Source of the DNA: a virus
Taxonomy: Duplodnaviria; Caudoviricetes
Strand: one strand, 5' to 3'
Virus record (IMG/VR): IMGVR_UViG_3300029822_000058
Location: 1 to 28,437 of that record
DNA: 28,437 nucleotides
The notes beneath the pieces were generated by a model. The model saw nothing but the letters and a program-made list of their open reading frames with translations. It ran no database searches and was not told where the DNA came from. Of this stretch, positions 8,448 to 18,077 are shown in pieces. The stretch's first letter is position 1, and every line of letters starts with the position of its first letter. The position numbers were made by a program, and so were the translations under genes.

Positions 8448-11400
8448 ATGGCTAAGCGCGAAATTAAGACAATATTTGCTCTGGATGGCGAAGCTAAGTA
8501 TAAAGACGCTATAAAATCAATCAATAAAGAGCAGTCGCTTTTAAGAGCGGAAACTAAAGCGCTTACAACTCAATTTGAATTGACCGGAGAAGAGCAAAAA
8601 ACCCTTGCGGTAAAAGCAGAAAGCCTGACAAAACAAATTGAGCTTCAAAAACGGAAGGTTGATGAAGCCAAAAACGCGGTCGAGCAGTCCACAAAAATAT
8701 ATGGTGAAAACTCAAATCAAACGCAAGAATATAAAATCCAGGTCGCGCTAGCCGAGACGGCACTGAACAGACTCCAAGGTCAACTTGTTGAGACTAACAA
8801 ACAGATCGCGTTAAATGAAAGCAACCTTAAAAAAGCAGGCGACGCAGCTGAAAAAGCCGGAAAGAAAATGCAGGATATCGGCGGCAAAATGGACAAAGCC
8901 GGCAGTGCTTTGACCGTCGGGTTAACAGCCCCGATTGTAGCCGCTGCAGGATACGCTACAAAAGCCGCGACCGATTTTGAATCCGCATTTGCCGGCGTGA
9001 GGAAAACGGTCGACGCAACCGAGGAACAGCTCAACGAATTGGAAACAGGCATCCGAGACATGTCGAAAGAATTGCCTTCGTCCGCAAATGAAATAGCAGG
9101 AGTTGCAGAATCAGCCGGGCAGCTGGGGATACAAACAAACAACATACTTGGATTTTCTAAGGCAATGATTGACCTGGGTAACTCTACTAATCTCACAGCT
9201 GATGAAGCGGCATCCTCATTGGCTCAATTTGCAAATATAACGCAGATGTCTCAAAAGGACTTTGATAGACTTGGTGCCGTTATCGTTGATCTCGGTAATA
9301 ACAGCGCAACCACCGAAAAAGACATTGTAAATATGGGCATGCGGCTTGCTGGTGCCGGAAAACAGGTCGGCATGTCTGAGTCTCAAATCATGGCAATATC
9401 AGCGGCGCTTTCTTCGGTTGGTATTGAATCTGAAGCTGGCGGTTCGGCATTCTCAAAGGTCATGGTAAATATGCAACTCGCCGCGTCTAAAGGCGGAAAA
9501 GACCTTGATAATTTTGCGAAAGTCGCCGGAATGTCGTCAGAAGAATTTGCAGATGCGTATAAAGAGAACGCCGCGGGAGCGTTGACAGAGTTTGTATCCG
9601 GTCTGGGAAGACTCAAAGAGTCTGGCGGAGATGCTATCGGCACACTGGACGACATGGGAATAAAAGAAGTTCGTATGCGCGATGCGCTGTTACGTTCTGC
9701 CGGTGCCGGCGACGTGCTTTCTGAATCGATCGGACGCGCTTCAAAAGCATGGGACGAAAACAACGCGCTAACAAAAGAAGCCGAGCAAAGATATGGCACA
9801 ACCGAATCAAAAATGAAGATTGCAAAAAACGAAATCGATGATGCAGCAATTACCATCGGTAAGAATCTTCTGCCGGTCGTCGCTGACCTTGCTGGCGGTT
9901 TAGCCGACGCAGCTCAAGCGTTCGGGAGTATGGATCCTGCCACGCAGAGAACAGTTATCGCTTTGCTCGGCGTTGTTGCCGGCATCGGACCGGTATTAAA
10001 AGTTACAGGGAATTTAACTTCCGGGATCGGAAAAGCGTCGGAAGCAATCGGTAAGTTTGTGCAGAAACTTGCAGAGAAAAAAGCTGCCGAAGTAGCATCA
10101 ACAGCGGCTACAGAGGGACTGTCCGGCGCAATCGGTGGAGCTGGCGGTCTGACATCACTCATTAATCCGACGACAGCCGCCGTTGTGGCCGCAACAACAG
10201 CTTTGGGGTTGCTTGCCGTTGCCGCTTACAAAGCTGATGAAGATACCCGCAAATTTAATGACACAGTTGTAAGCAGTGCCGAAGGAGCGGCCGAATTCGT
10301 TGACGGCATATCTTCCGCAAAGTCAGCTCTTGATGGGTTTGATGATTCTTCGGTTTGGACAACCGAAAATCAAGAAAAGCTGAAAAAGAAAGTCGATGAA
10401 GCGCAGGGCGGGATAACTGAAATAACCTCTCTTGCGGTCAAACAGCGCAGATCAATGACTGAAAAAGAGTACGAACGGTTGCAGAAGCTCATAGACCAGC
10501 TCGGAGCATTTGCGGACGGTCAAATCGAGGCATACCAGCAGAAAAACCGCGTTGTCCAAGCTATGGCAAAAAATGAGCAAAGCATGACAGAGCAGCGGGC
10601 GCAGGAGCTTATTAAAGCCGCCGAAGAAAATCGAGACGAGATTATCAATATAGCCGAAGCGCAGCGTATAAAAGAGTATCAAGTCGCCGACCAGATACGC
10701 CAGAACGCCAACAAGCTCCGCGGACAGGGCAAAACCGAACAGGCCAGAATCGAAGATGCTCGCGCCTCTGAAATGATGGCAAAAGCAGATCAGGACTACA
10801 ACAATGTCATGGCTGCCGAAAACAAGAAAACCGCTGATGTAGTTGAGGCTGTGCAAGATCGTTATATGCAGCAGAACAAAGTCGAAGTCGATAATTTAAA
10901 ACGAGCAAAAGAAATATACGATGAGCTTAATGAATTAGATTGGTCATATCAGGCGGACAGAGAAAAGATTTTAAATGACAGAACGAAATCTGATACAGTA
11001 AAGTATCTTGAACTTCAAGAATTAGATACCAAGCATGTGAAGAACAAAGGCAAGCTCAACGACGAGCTAAAAGAGTTATGGGATGACCGTACCGCAGAAG
11101 TCGCAGGTTCTATGGCGGGTATGGCTGGCACAATTGAGTTTTATGGCGGGAAACAATCTAAAGAAGCAAAAAAAGCTTCGGATGGAATCATCGCCGCTTA
11201 TGACAACCTGCCCAAAAAAACCAAGGAAATTGCAATTAACGCAATGCAGTCAATGGTTGACGGTTTAAAAAGTCGGTCTCAATCAATGGTTGAAACAGCG
11301 CAAGATTTATTTGGAGGATTTCTCAACAAAGCTCGTGAAGTCTTGGGCATCAAATCACCATCACGGGAAATGCGCTTAATTGCCGAAAACATAACCAAGA

Positions 11401-11738
11401 CTACGGCGGACACGATTAAAAGCACTAGCGGAAAGGTGAAAAAGTCTGCTGCCGATATGGCGGAAGGCGTTCTCTCGGAAGCGCAAAGAATGTCGGAGGC
11501 GTCTGATTTTGCAAACTTTGTATCCAATTCAAGGCAAGCAGTGTCACATGCGGCGTCCGCTGTAAAAGGCTTGGCGCAAGCGATATTCCCATCTGCTGAA
11601 AAATCTCAAAGAACAGGCGGGGATTTAATTATACCCGTTTCGGTGAACGGTGAATTTGTCGGCGAGGCAAGATTGACATCCGCCGAATTAGCGCGGCAAG
11701 AAAACATACGAAATCGATCGGCAGGGGTGGAAATATGA
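8448..11738 (+). CDS. Tail tape measure protein (TP901-like core)
   Basis: 1096 aa, Ala/Gly-rich helical; DFESAFAGVRKTVD, AGQLGI, GNNSATTE, AGGSAFSK, LGIKSPSR motifs. Confidence 0.96.
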   Translation: MAKREIKTIFALDGEAKYKDAIKSINKEQSLLRAETKALTTQFELTGEEQKTLAVKAESLTKQIELQKRKVDEAKNAVEQSTKIYGENSNQTQEYKIQVALAETALNRLQGQLVETNKQIALNESNLKKAGDAAEKAGKKMQDIGGKMDKAGSALTVGLTAPIVAAAGYATKAATDFESAFAGVRKTVDATEEQLNELETGIRDMSKELPSSANEIAGVAESAGQLGIQTNNILGFSKAMIDLGNSTNLTADEAASSLAQFANITQMSQKDFDRLGAVIVDLGNNSATTEKDIVNMGMRLAGAGKQVGMSESQIMAISAALSSVGIESEAGGSAFSKVMVNMQLAASKGGKDLDNFAKVAGMSSEEFADAYKENAAGALTEFVSGLGRLKESGGDAIGTLDDMGIKEVRMRDALLRSAGAGDVLSESIGRASKAWDENNALTKEAEQRYGTTESKMKIAKNEIDDAAITIGKNLLPVVADLAGGLADAAQAFGSMDPATQRTVIALLGVVAGIGPVLKVTGNLTSGIGKASEAIGKFVQKLAEKKAAEVASTAATEGLSGAIGGAGGLTSLINPTTAAVVAATTALGLLAVAAYKADEDTRKFNDTVVSSAEGAAEFVDGISSAKSALDGFDDSSVWTTENQEKLKKKVDEAQGGITEITSLAVKQRRSMTEKEYERLQKLIDQLGAFADGQIEAYQQKNRVVQAMAKNEQSMTEQRAQELIKAAEENRDEIINIAEAQRIKEYQVADQIRQNANKLRGQGKTEQARIEDARASEMMAKADQDYNNVMAAENKKTADVVEAVQDRYMQQNKVEVDNLKRAKEIYDELNELDWSYQADREKILNDRTKSDTVKYLELQELDTKHVKNKGKLNDELKELWDDRTAEVAGSMAGMAGTIEFYGGKQSKEAKKASDGIIAAYDNLPKKTKEIAINAMQSMVDGLKSRSQSMVETAQDLFGGFLNKAREVLGIKSPSREMRLIAENITKTTADTIKSTSGKVKKSAADMAEGVLSEAQRMSEASDFANFVSNSRQAVSHAASAVKGLAQAIFPSAEKSQRTGGDLIIPVSVNGEFVGEARLTSAELARQENIRNRSAGVEI

Positions 11739-12562
11739 GATCCGGAGTAGTTTTTAAGGGCGTATCTAGCCGGGACCTGGGGCTTACAATGCGAACTGTT
11801 AATTGGCCTATCATTCCATCATCGACAAGGAGCATTGTAAATGTTCCAAAGCGCCCAGGGAGCGTTGATTTTGGCATTGACACATATCTCGACGGTGATG
11901 CAACACTTATATTCTCATGGCTTTGTAGAACCCCAGCAGAAGCAATGAAAAAAGGTGAGATTGTATCCGGTTGGCTTCATAACGACGGTAAATATCACGA
12001 GTTGATCAATCTGAATTATCCCAATCGGAAATACTACGCCAAAGTTACAAGCGCAGTACCAATGATAGTTGATCCGTGCGTCGGCTCTGTATCGGTTACG
12101 TTCACGTTCAATCCCCCTTATCCATTCGCGCTGGACAATTCCCCCGTATCTCCGCAAGACGTGCAGGACAGGCTGTTATGGGATACGGCGGCAATGGACG
12201 GAAACACATATGTACAGACATTCGAAACCAATGGGGAAATGCGGTTCACGCTTACAGGAACCGGTACGGTAAAACCAGTCATTCGGGTAGTCGGATATAT
12301 CCCGAGCGGGTTTAATCTTGTATATGGAGCGCAACAGTGGCAATACAACGCACTACTGGCGTATGACGGCATAAAAATAGACTGCGAAAACGAAACAGTT
12401 ACCAGGATGTCTGACGGAGAAAGCTTATTCGGCTATGTGTCTCCGTGGAACTATTTTTCGCTTTCGCCCGGACAAGTTCAATTTGGTGTGTCAGGCGTTG
12501 CCGGCGCGTTTCCGAAAAGCCTAACAATCGCGGTTGAATTGTCGCCGAATTATGGAGGTTGA
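11735..12562 (+). CDS. Distal tail protein (Dit)
   Basis: Follows tape measure with ATGA overlap; FKGVSSRDLGL, VPKRPGS, PNRKYYAKV, FTFNPPYPF. Confidence 0.85.
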   Translation: MRSGVVFKGVSSRDLGLTMRTVNWPIIPSSTRSIVNVPKRPGSVDFGIDTYLDGDATLIFSWLCRTPAEAMKKGEIVSGWLHNDGKYHELINLNYPNRKYYAKVTSAVPMIVDPCVGSVSVTFTFNPPYPFALDNSPVSPQDVQDRLLWDTAAMDGNTYVQTFETNGEMRFTLTGTGTVKPVIRVVGYIPSGFNLVYGAQQWQYNALLAYDGIKIDCENETVTRMSDGESLFGYVSPWNYFSLSPGQVQFGVSGVAGAFPKSLTIAVELSPNYGG

Positions 12563-12564
12563 AA

Positions 12565-13998
12565 ATGAAGCTGTATTTTTATAAAAACGGTCAAAAGGTT
12601 GGAGTAAGCTCTAGGGCGTTTGATGTGCTTGAACAAAAAGAGCTTATGCGGGCGTGGCTGCTTAACTTCAAGCTGGATAACATGAACCCTATGCGTAAGT
12701 ATGTAGCTCCGGGCGCAATGTTTGAGATTGACGGACAACTGTTCGATATTATGAGCTTCCACCAGAACACAGGTATGTCAAACGCAACGGATGTTACAGC
12801 AGAACACGTAAGCTATCGGCTTAACAACTACATAATTCCGCCAATGTATTCGTTCATGGGAACCCCGGCGCAAATACTTGCCGATATGCTTGACAAGGCG
12901 GTAGATTCAAAAGGAAACAAAGCAAGCGCGGAGTTTTCAGTTGGTACAGTCGCCACGCTTCCGACAAAAGCGTTTTCGCTCGGAAACGAGCAGGAGGTTA
13001 CAATACGTTCTGCAACACTCGGGTTGCAGGCGATTGGTGTAGAGGTCAGCTACAACAATTTTAAAATTGATTTGCCTGTAAAGATAGGAACCGAAACAGG
13101 ACGGACGTTTAAATTCGGGGTTGATCTGGTTTCTATTGACCGCAGATGGGCGGTTGGAGACGGTTTTACATACGATATCGCAATCGCAACCATAGGCAGA
13201 CTTCCTGGCGCTCAACCGTGGGAAACATTTTCTCTCGGCGATAACGTGAAGGTTCAGGACGATATCATCGGGGACACAATATCCAGAAGAATTGTGTGCT
13301 ACACAAAATGCCATGACAACCCGGCGAAAGATGCAATTACGCTGGGTGTGTTTATTCGGGACAGCGCAACAAACGCAGTCGAAATGAGAGTAGCCATCAA
13401 CCAGCGAATAGTTGAGGGAAAACGCTACAACGGTAACCGCATCAACCGCACCGAGGGGTTTGTGAGCGAAACCGATGACGGGATGCTTAAAACAACCATG
13501 TCAGGCACTCACGGACTGTCTTGTTGGACTTGGGAGGGTGATCATTGGGTACGTAGGAGCTGGCAAGAGGCGTCCGGATTTACGGCTGCCAAGATAACCA
13601 ACCCCGAATCAGATGGCACGTATGGCACTATCGGTAAAGGGCCCGAAGAAACCGACCGATATGGCTTGTTTGTTGTCAACCCTACCTCGGGTGTGTTTTA
13701 TCAAGTTTACGACAATATCAGCGAGTGGGCGCCGGGTATATACTCGCTGTATGCTAATGATTATGTAAGATTTATGAAAAATATAAACGGCAACCGCGTA
13801 CCGTTTTTGCAGGCCTATCCCGGGTCAACACAGATGAGATGGCAGAACAAAAATAATCCTGACAATTATTCAGCGATTAACGCTGATTCTGATGGGATAA
13901 GTTTTGAGGTTGATGGGGGTCTGTATGGGACGAGTGCTAACATACCACCGAACAGCACTGTACAAGTGAAAAATGGTATCATAACAGGATATTATTAA
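12565..13998 (+). CDS. Baseplate hub/Tal (prophage tail endopeptidase-like) with beta-rich spike C-terminus
   Basis: Follows Dit; VTAEHVSYRLN, FKFGVDL, LGDNVKV.D motifs; ends VKNGIITGYY; SD GGAGG. Confidence 0.8.
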   Translation: MKLYFYKNGQKVGVSSRAFDVLEQKELMRAWLLNFKLDNMNPMRKYVAPGAMFEIDGQLFDIMSFHQNTGMSNATDVTAEHVSYRLNNYIIPPMYSFMGTPAQILADMLDKAVDSKGNKASAEFSVGTVATLPTKAFSLGNEQEVTIRSATLGLQAIGVEVSYNNFKIDLPVKIGTETGRTFKFGVDLVSIDRRWAVGDGFTYDIAIATIGRLPGAQPWETFSLGDNVKVQDDIIGDTISRRIVCYTKCHDNPAKDAITLGVFIRDSATNAVEMRVAINQRIVEGKRYNGNRINRTEGFVSETDDGMLKTTMSGTHGLSCWTWEGDHWVRRSWQEASGFTAAKITNPESDGTYGTIGKGPEETDRYGLFVVNPTSGVFYQVYDNISEWAPGIYSLYANDYVRFMKNINGNRVPFLQAYPGSTQMRWQNKNNPDNYSAINADSDGISFEVDGGLYGTSANIPPNSTVQVKNGIITGYY

Positions 13999-13999
13999 C

Positions 14000-14028
14000 T
14001 TGCTAAAATCTGTAAAATCGCATATAAT
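14000..14028 (+). promoter_or_regulatory. sigmaA-type promoter of the tail-embedded moron
   Basis: TTGCTA (14000-14005)-17 nt-TATAAT (14023-14028), immediately after the Tal stop. Confidence 0.75.
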
Positions 14029-14050
14029 AGTCTTGAAAGGGGCGATTGCT

Positions 14051-14662
14051 ATGCGTAAAACATTAATAATTGGTTTATTTGCGGCGGTACTGTTATCTGG
14101 GTGCTCTGGCAAGCCCATCACAGAAACAGATTCACGTCAACCCGCCGCAAATGTACAACCAGTTGCGACAGGAGACGATTATATGACAGACTTAGAGGCG
14201 CGCGCGAATGCGCTTGATGAAGTTGTTGAAGAGGGCAAAAAGGCGATACAAACCGAAGTAAGCAAAGGCATCGCCGCGATTCAAGCCGAAACGACAACCA
14301 CTACACAAGCGACCACAACAACTATGCAAAATCCTAAAGCAATAAGTCTAGATGTAAAGACAGTGCGTGGCGAAGGAACGCTAACCTTTATAAAGGTTGA
14401 AACTAATCCCCAAAAAAACGAAATAATATTCTACTATGAAACCTCTGATGAGAAGGCTGTAATGCCAAATAGTAGAGAAACATCTCTACAGGATAAGAAT
14501 GGTGCTAAATATATATCGGTTGGCGGCGGCGGCGTTGGCAATAGCGGTAAAATTCACTTTTACAACATCACCGACTTCTCCGACCTCTCAACCGTAACCC
14601 TCACCTACGCATTTGAGGGCTTCGACCCCGTAACTGTTAAAATTGATATTGCTGGAATATAA
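14051..14662 (+). CDS. Lipoprotein (203 aa), moron gene
   Basis: SD GAAAGGGG; signal MRKTLIIGLFAAVLLSG-C with lipobox; helical segment, Thr-rich linker, beta-rich C-terminal domain. Confidence 0.85.
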   Translation: MRKTLIIGLFAAVLLSGCSGKPITETDSRQPAANVQPVATGDDYMTDLEARANALDEVVEEGKKAIQTEVSKGIAAIQAETTTTTQATTTTMQNPKAISLDVKTVRGEGTLTFIKVETNPQKNEIIFYYETSDEKAVMPNSRETSLQDKNGAKYISVGGGGVGNSGKIHFYNITDFSDLSTVTLTYAFEGFDPVTVKIDIAGI

Positions 14663-14684
14663 CAAAAGTAAAGGAGTGGATTCA

Positions 14685-15056
14685 GTGGCAAAGACAATAA
14701 AAGCGTTTAGCTTTGTATCGGTTGGATCTATGGCGATGCTAATCATAATGTACATGTTTTCAGTATATTTATCAGAAAGAACAAACGGAATCGCAATGCT
14801 TTTTATATTTTCTTTTTATCTTCCGTTTATTGTATTGGGGCTAATAGGAACTATTGTAAGCGTGGGGAAAAAGATTATGTCGGGTATTTTTATGATGTTG
14901 TGCGCTTTAGCGAGTGCGTTTATAGCGTTTATAGGAATTACAGGCGGGATTGGAATCGGAATATTTTGCTTGATATTTGGATTAACTACTTTTATTTTAT
15001 ACATATTATCAGCAATTTTGTGTTTTTGTTTCAACTTTCCACCACCTTCCAAATAG
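14685..15056 (+). CDS. Four-TM membrane protein (123 aa; loosely DUF4064-like)
   Basis: SD AAGGAG + GTG; four hydrophobic segments; visibly more AT/T-rich than the flanking structural genes. Confidence 0.8.
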   Translation: MAKTIKAFSFVSVGSMAMLIIMYMFSVYLSERTNGIAMLFIFSFYLPFIVLGLIGTIVSVGKKIMSGIFMMLCALASAFIAFIGITGGIGIGIFCLIFGLTTFILYILSAILCFCFNFPPPSK

Positions 15057-15073
15057 ACATACCCGGCATCTAA
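15041..15073 (+). pseudogene. Relic second copy of the lipoprotein 3' end (TTFQIDIPGI*)
   Basis: ATA GAC ATA CCC GGC ATC TAA (15053-15073) versus ATT GAT ATT GCT GGA ATA TAA (14642-14662). Confidence 0.65.
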
Positions 15074-15089
15074 CCACAACCAAATAAGC

Positions 15090-15123
15090 AACCCGCTTGC
15101 TATTCGGCAGGCGGGTTTTGTTA
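15090..15123 (+). terminator. Intrinsic terminator closing the moron
   Basis: AACCCGCTTGC-tattcg-GCAGGCGGGTT stem running into an interrupted T-tract (TTTTGTT). Confidence 0.7.
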
Positions 15124-15140
15124 TGCAAGGAGGAATTAAT

Positions 15141-17273
15141 ATGGGGTTAATACAGGAAATCCCATCCATGACCGAGCCTGAGAAGATGGCTGTGCGAAAC
15201 AGCAACGGACCGTATTTGGATAACACTAAAATGAACCTCGGCACAACGCTATATCACAACTCATCCGGGCTGCAGATAACCGCTGGAATGAATGTACCGC
15301 TTTTGGATGATACGTCAAATTACACTCACTTGGTATTTGATTTAGAGTGTGGCACAAGCGCAGGCAGACGAATACAAACAACCGAAGCGTCCGGTACGGT
15401 ATGTTTTACTGCGACAAACCTGACGAATGCCCCCTCGACATCTGCATACCACGAGATATACGAGGCGATATTATCAGTTGGCACAAACAACATCACAGTC
15501 TCGAGCTTCCGCCGCATCCACGTGTCCGGCAACACTCCATATTCTCCCGGATATAACGAAAACAATACTGCAGCCAGTTGGACAATCTACCGTATAGTCG
15601 GATTAAATCTGTGTGCAGAAGTTGACGGCGAACCGGCAGAACCATATCTAGCTCAGTTGATTACTGAGACGCAAACCGCCGCAAATTACGCACATGATTA
15701 TGGCTTGTATGCAAACATACAAGGCGATTATGCAAAAGCACAAGCCGGAGCGGCACAGACAGCCACAGACAACGCCAACAATGCAGCACAGGCGGCGCAG
15801 ACCATATCCGACACCGTACAAACCAAACTTGACAATGGCGATTTTATCGGCGAAAAAGGCGACAAAGGCGACCCCGGCGAAGTCACGCTCGAACAGCTCA
15901 ACACAGCTCTTGCCGACAAAGCCGACAAATCATCCCTAACCGAAACAAACCTCCGCATAGCCACAGTAGACAAATCCCTATCGGACTATTGCAACGCAAT
16001 ATCAAGTATCAACCCCAATCAAGAAGCCAAGCAAACCGCCTCTGGATACGGCACGGTATCCTTGCCCGTAAACGCTGCAAACGGGCAAGTTAGCTGTACT
16101 GTAGGTGGCAATACCGTAACAGACGAAAGCGGCACTAACTCTACAGTTAGCGCAGGACGGCTTCGGTCGTTTAATAAGAATCTGGTTGGTTACAACAATT
16201 CATTACCTTATACAAGTACAGGCGTAACAATGACATATAGCGATGGCAAATATACACTTACAGGTACTTCGACAGGCTACCCTTTCAAGAGCATTTTTAC
16301 GATTCCGGCGAATACTCTTAAAGGCACATATAGATTATCAAAAACTACCATAAGCGGAACAGACACTGCATATATACGAATTATTGATCGTACAGTTACG
16401 CCTGCGGTTCCCTATTCTGAATCAGTCTATGCTACACCTTTTACAATGAACGGCATACACAACGAGTTGCAGGTTGAAATTGCTTGTACAGCTGGCGTAA
16501 CCTATAACGAATCATTCTATCTTCAACTTGAACCTGGCACAACCGCAACCTCCTATGAACCCTACACCACAGCAGACCAATACTATCCCGATTGCGGAAT
16601 ATTGCAGTCAGTGGGTACAGCTAACGATGAAGTTAGCTTTAATCAGCAGACGGGGCAGTGGGAGTGGATAAAACGCAATGGTGTTAAAACCAATGTTGCA
16701 AGCGGTACTGTAATCAATTATGCAGACATGGCAACAGGCGGGGAATTTATTGCTTATTATGCAGACGGTGCAACACAGACAGGCGTAAAAGGCGATACGC
16801 TCACCGCTTTAGCAGTAGAGCTAACTTATCAATTAGCAAGCCCGATTGTTACGCCCATTGATGTGACTGGAACGCTTGTCGGATACCCGAAAGGTACGCT
16901 ATATTGGGAGCCGGTTCTGCCCGTGGCGGGCGTTTACACAAGCACAGGAATAGCAATCACCAATACATCATTTCCGATTGAATCAATTGAATCTATTTCT
17001 AAAATTGATTTTGTCACAGGACTTGAAACGGAAGTTGATATTAGCAAGGCGGTAATTGCGGTTGATGGACTTAGCTTTACTCACCCTGATTTGACAGCGG
17101 ATGATATTGTATTCTTTACTTATTTTCACGGCATAGAGGGCACAGAGCCTAATATCACGGTAGAGTATTACGACAGCCGATACACAGTAAAGGATAGCGA
17201 AACGGAACAGTTTTACCGTTGGAAAGTATCCGTAGCAAATGGCGTTCCGTCATTAGAAATAGTGGAGGTGTAA
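15141..17273 (+). CDS. Tail fibre/upper baseplate-type protein, mosaic (710 aa)
   Basis: SD AAGGAGG; Ala-rich coil with QGDYAKAQ, short collagen GEKGDKGDPG, LADKADK, carbohydrate-binding-like module (NKNL...QLEPGTTATSYEPY), YQLASPIVT. Confidence 0.75.
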   Translation: MGLIQEIPSMTEPEKMAVRNSNGPYLDNTKMNLGTTLYHNSSGLQITAGMNVPLLDDTSNYTHLVFDLECGTSAGRRIQTTEASGTVCFTATNLTNAPSTSAYHEIYEAILSVGTNNITVSSFRRIHVSGNTPYSPGYNENNTAASWTIYRIVGLNLCAEVDGEPAEPYLAQLITETQTAANYAHDYGLYANIQGDYAKAQAGAAQTATDNANNAAQAAQTISDTVQTKLDNGDFIGEKGDKGDPGEVTLEQLNTALADKADKSSLTETNLRIATVDKSLSDYCNAISSINPNQEAKQTASGYGTVSLPVNAANGQVSCTVGGNTVTDESGTNSTVSAGRLRSFNKNLVGYNNSLPYTSTGVTMTYSDGKYTLTGTSTGYPFKSIFTIPANTLKGTYRLSKTTISGTDTAYIRIIDRTVTPAVPYSESVYATPFTMNGIHNELQVEIACTAGVTYNESFYLQLEPGTTATSYEPYTTADQYYPDCGILQSVGTANDEVSFNQQTGQWEWIKRNGVKTNVASGTVINYADMATGGEFIAYYADGATQTGVKGDTLTALAVELTYQLASPIVTPIDVTGTLVGYPKGTLYWEPVLPVAGVYTSTGIAITNTSFPIESIESISKIDFVTGLETEVDISKAVIAVDGLSFTHPDLTADDIVFFTYFHGIEGTEPNITVEYYDSRYTVKDSETEQFYRWKVSVANGVPSLEIVEV

Positions 17274-17275
17274 GC

Positions 17276-17392
17276 ATGAATGAAGTTATTGCACAGGCGT
17301 TAGCGGAAAGTGTCAGTAAAGGCAACATGACGATTGAGCAAGTGCCGATACCGTATCAACCGCAAGTAAACAATATTTTGAAAGGGGAATAA
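17276..17392 (+). CDS. Small CD1375-like phage protein (38 aa), not in the ORF track
   Basis: SD GGAGGT; MNEVIAQALAESVSKGNMTIEQVPIPYQPQVNNILKGE; the G..TIEQVP...V pattern is typical of ORFs following tail fibres. Confidence 0.7.
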   Translation: MNEVIAQALAESVSKGNMTIEQVPIPYQPQVNNILKGE

Positions 17393-17397
17393 TAATC

Positions 17398-18066
17398 ATG
17401 GCAAAAATCTACCTATCCCCCGCCGCTCATGGAGTGGACAACCCATGCAGTTATGACAAAAAATGTGGGGAGAACAAGCACTGCAACGCTTATCTTGATG
17501 AATTGGAACTGTATCTTAAAGCTTGCGGTATCCAGTATAAGCGAGCAAGCAAAAAGAACACTGGCAACAACCTATCCAAGACGATTGCAGAATCCAACGC
17601 ATACAAACCTGACATCCATTATACTTGCCACACAAACGCATTTAACGGCACTGTGTCGGGCAGTAGACCTCATGTATGGCTAAAGAGTGGGAACGGCAAA
17701 AAGTGGGCAGAAATCATCCTTAAGCACCGTAAGAAAATTTATCCGTATCCATGCAGTGTGAAAGATGGTTCCAGCTTTGCCGAAGTGAAAGGCACGACTG
17801 CGGTTGCAATCTATGATGAAATTGTATTCCACGATAATAAAGAGGATTGCAAGTGGTTTCATCAGAATATGCGGAAAATGGCCGAATATACCGCCCGTGG
17901 ATTCTGCGAGATATTCGGGTTGAAATTTGTTGACCCGTACTATGTTCCGCCTAAACCCGCACCCAAGCCGAAAAAGTACGCTGTACAGATTGGCACGTTT
18001 GATACGTTAGCACAAGCTGACGATGTAGCGGGGCTGTTCAAGAGCGCGAAAGTAATAGAAGTGTAG
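17398..18066 (+). CDS. Endolysin, N-acetylmuramoyl-L-alanine amidase (Amidase_3) with C-terminal SPOR-like motif
   Basis: KIYLSPAAH..., GE, CHTNAFNG, EIVFHDN; Pro/Lys linker; KYAVQIGTF. Confidence 0.9.
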   Translation: MAKIYLSPAAHGVDNPCSYDKKCGENKHCNAYLDELELYLKACGIQYKRASKKNTGNNLSKTIAESNAYKPDIHYTCHTNAFNGTVSGSRPHVWLKSGNGKKWAEIILKHRKKIYPYPCSVKDGSSFAEVKGTTAVAIYDEIVFHDNKEDCKWFHQNMRKMAEYTARGFCEIFGLKFVDPYYVPPKPAPKPKKYAVQIGTFDTLAQADDVAGLFKSAKVIEV

Positions 18067-18077
18067 GGGGAATCACA

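Noticed and set aside
118-13314. Many minus-strand and nested ORFs in the track (e.g. 3910-4446, 9383-9856, 12937-13314)
   Set aside because: Shadows of well-supported plus-strand genes, with no SD or recognisable motifs
14816-15244. 142-aa minus-strand ORF across the moron end
   Set aside because: Antisense shadow of the T-rich membrane gene; crosses the terminator and the fibre start
12565-17273. Diversity-generating retroelement or invertible tail-fibre cassette
   Set aside because: No reverse transcriptase or invertase in the window, and no ~100-bp TR/VR pair or flanking inverted repeats noticed by eye
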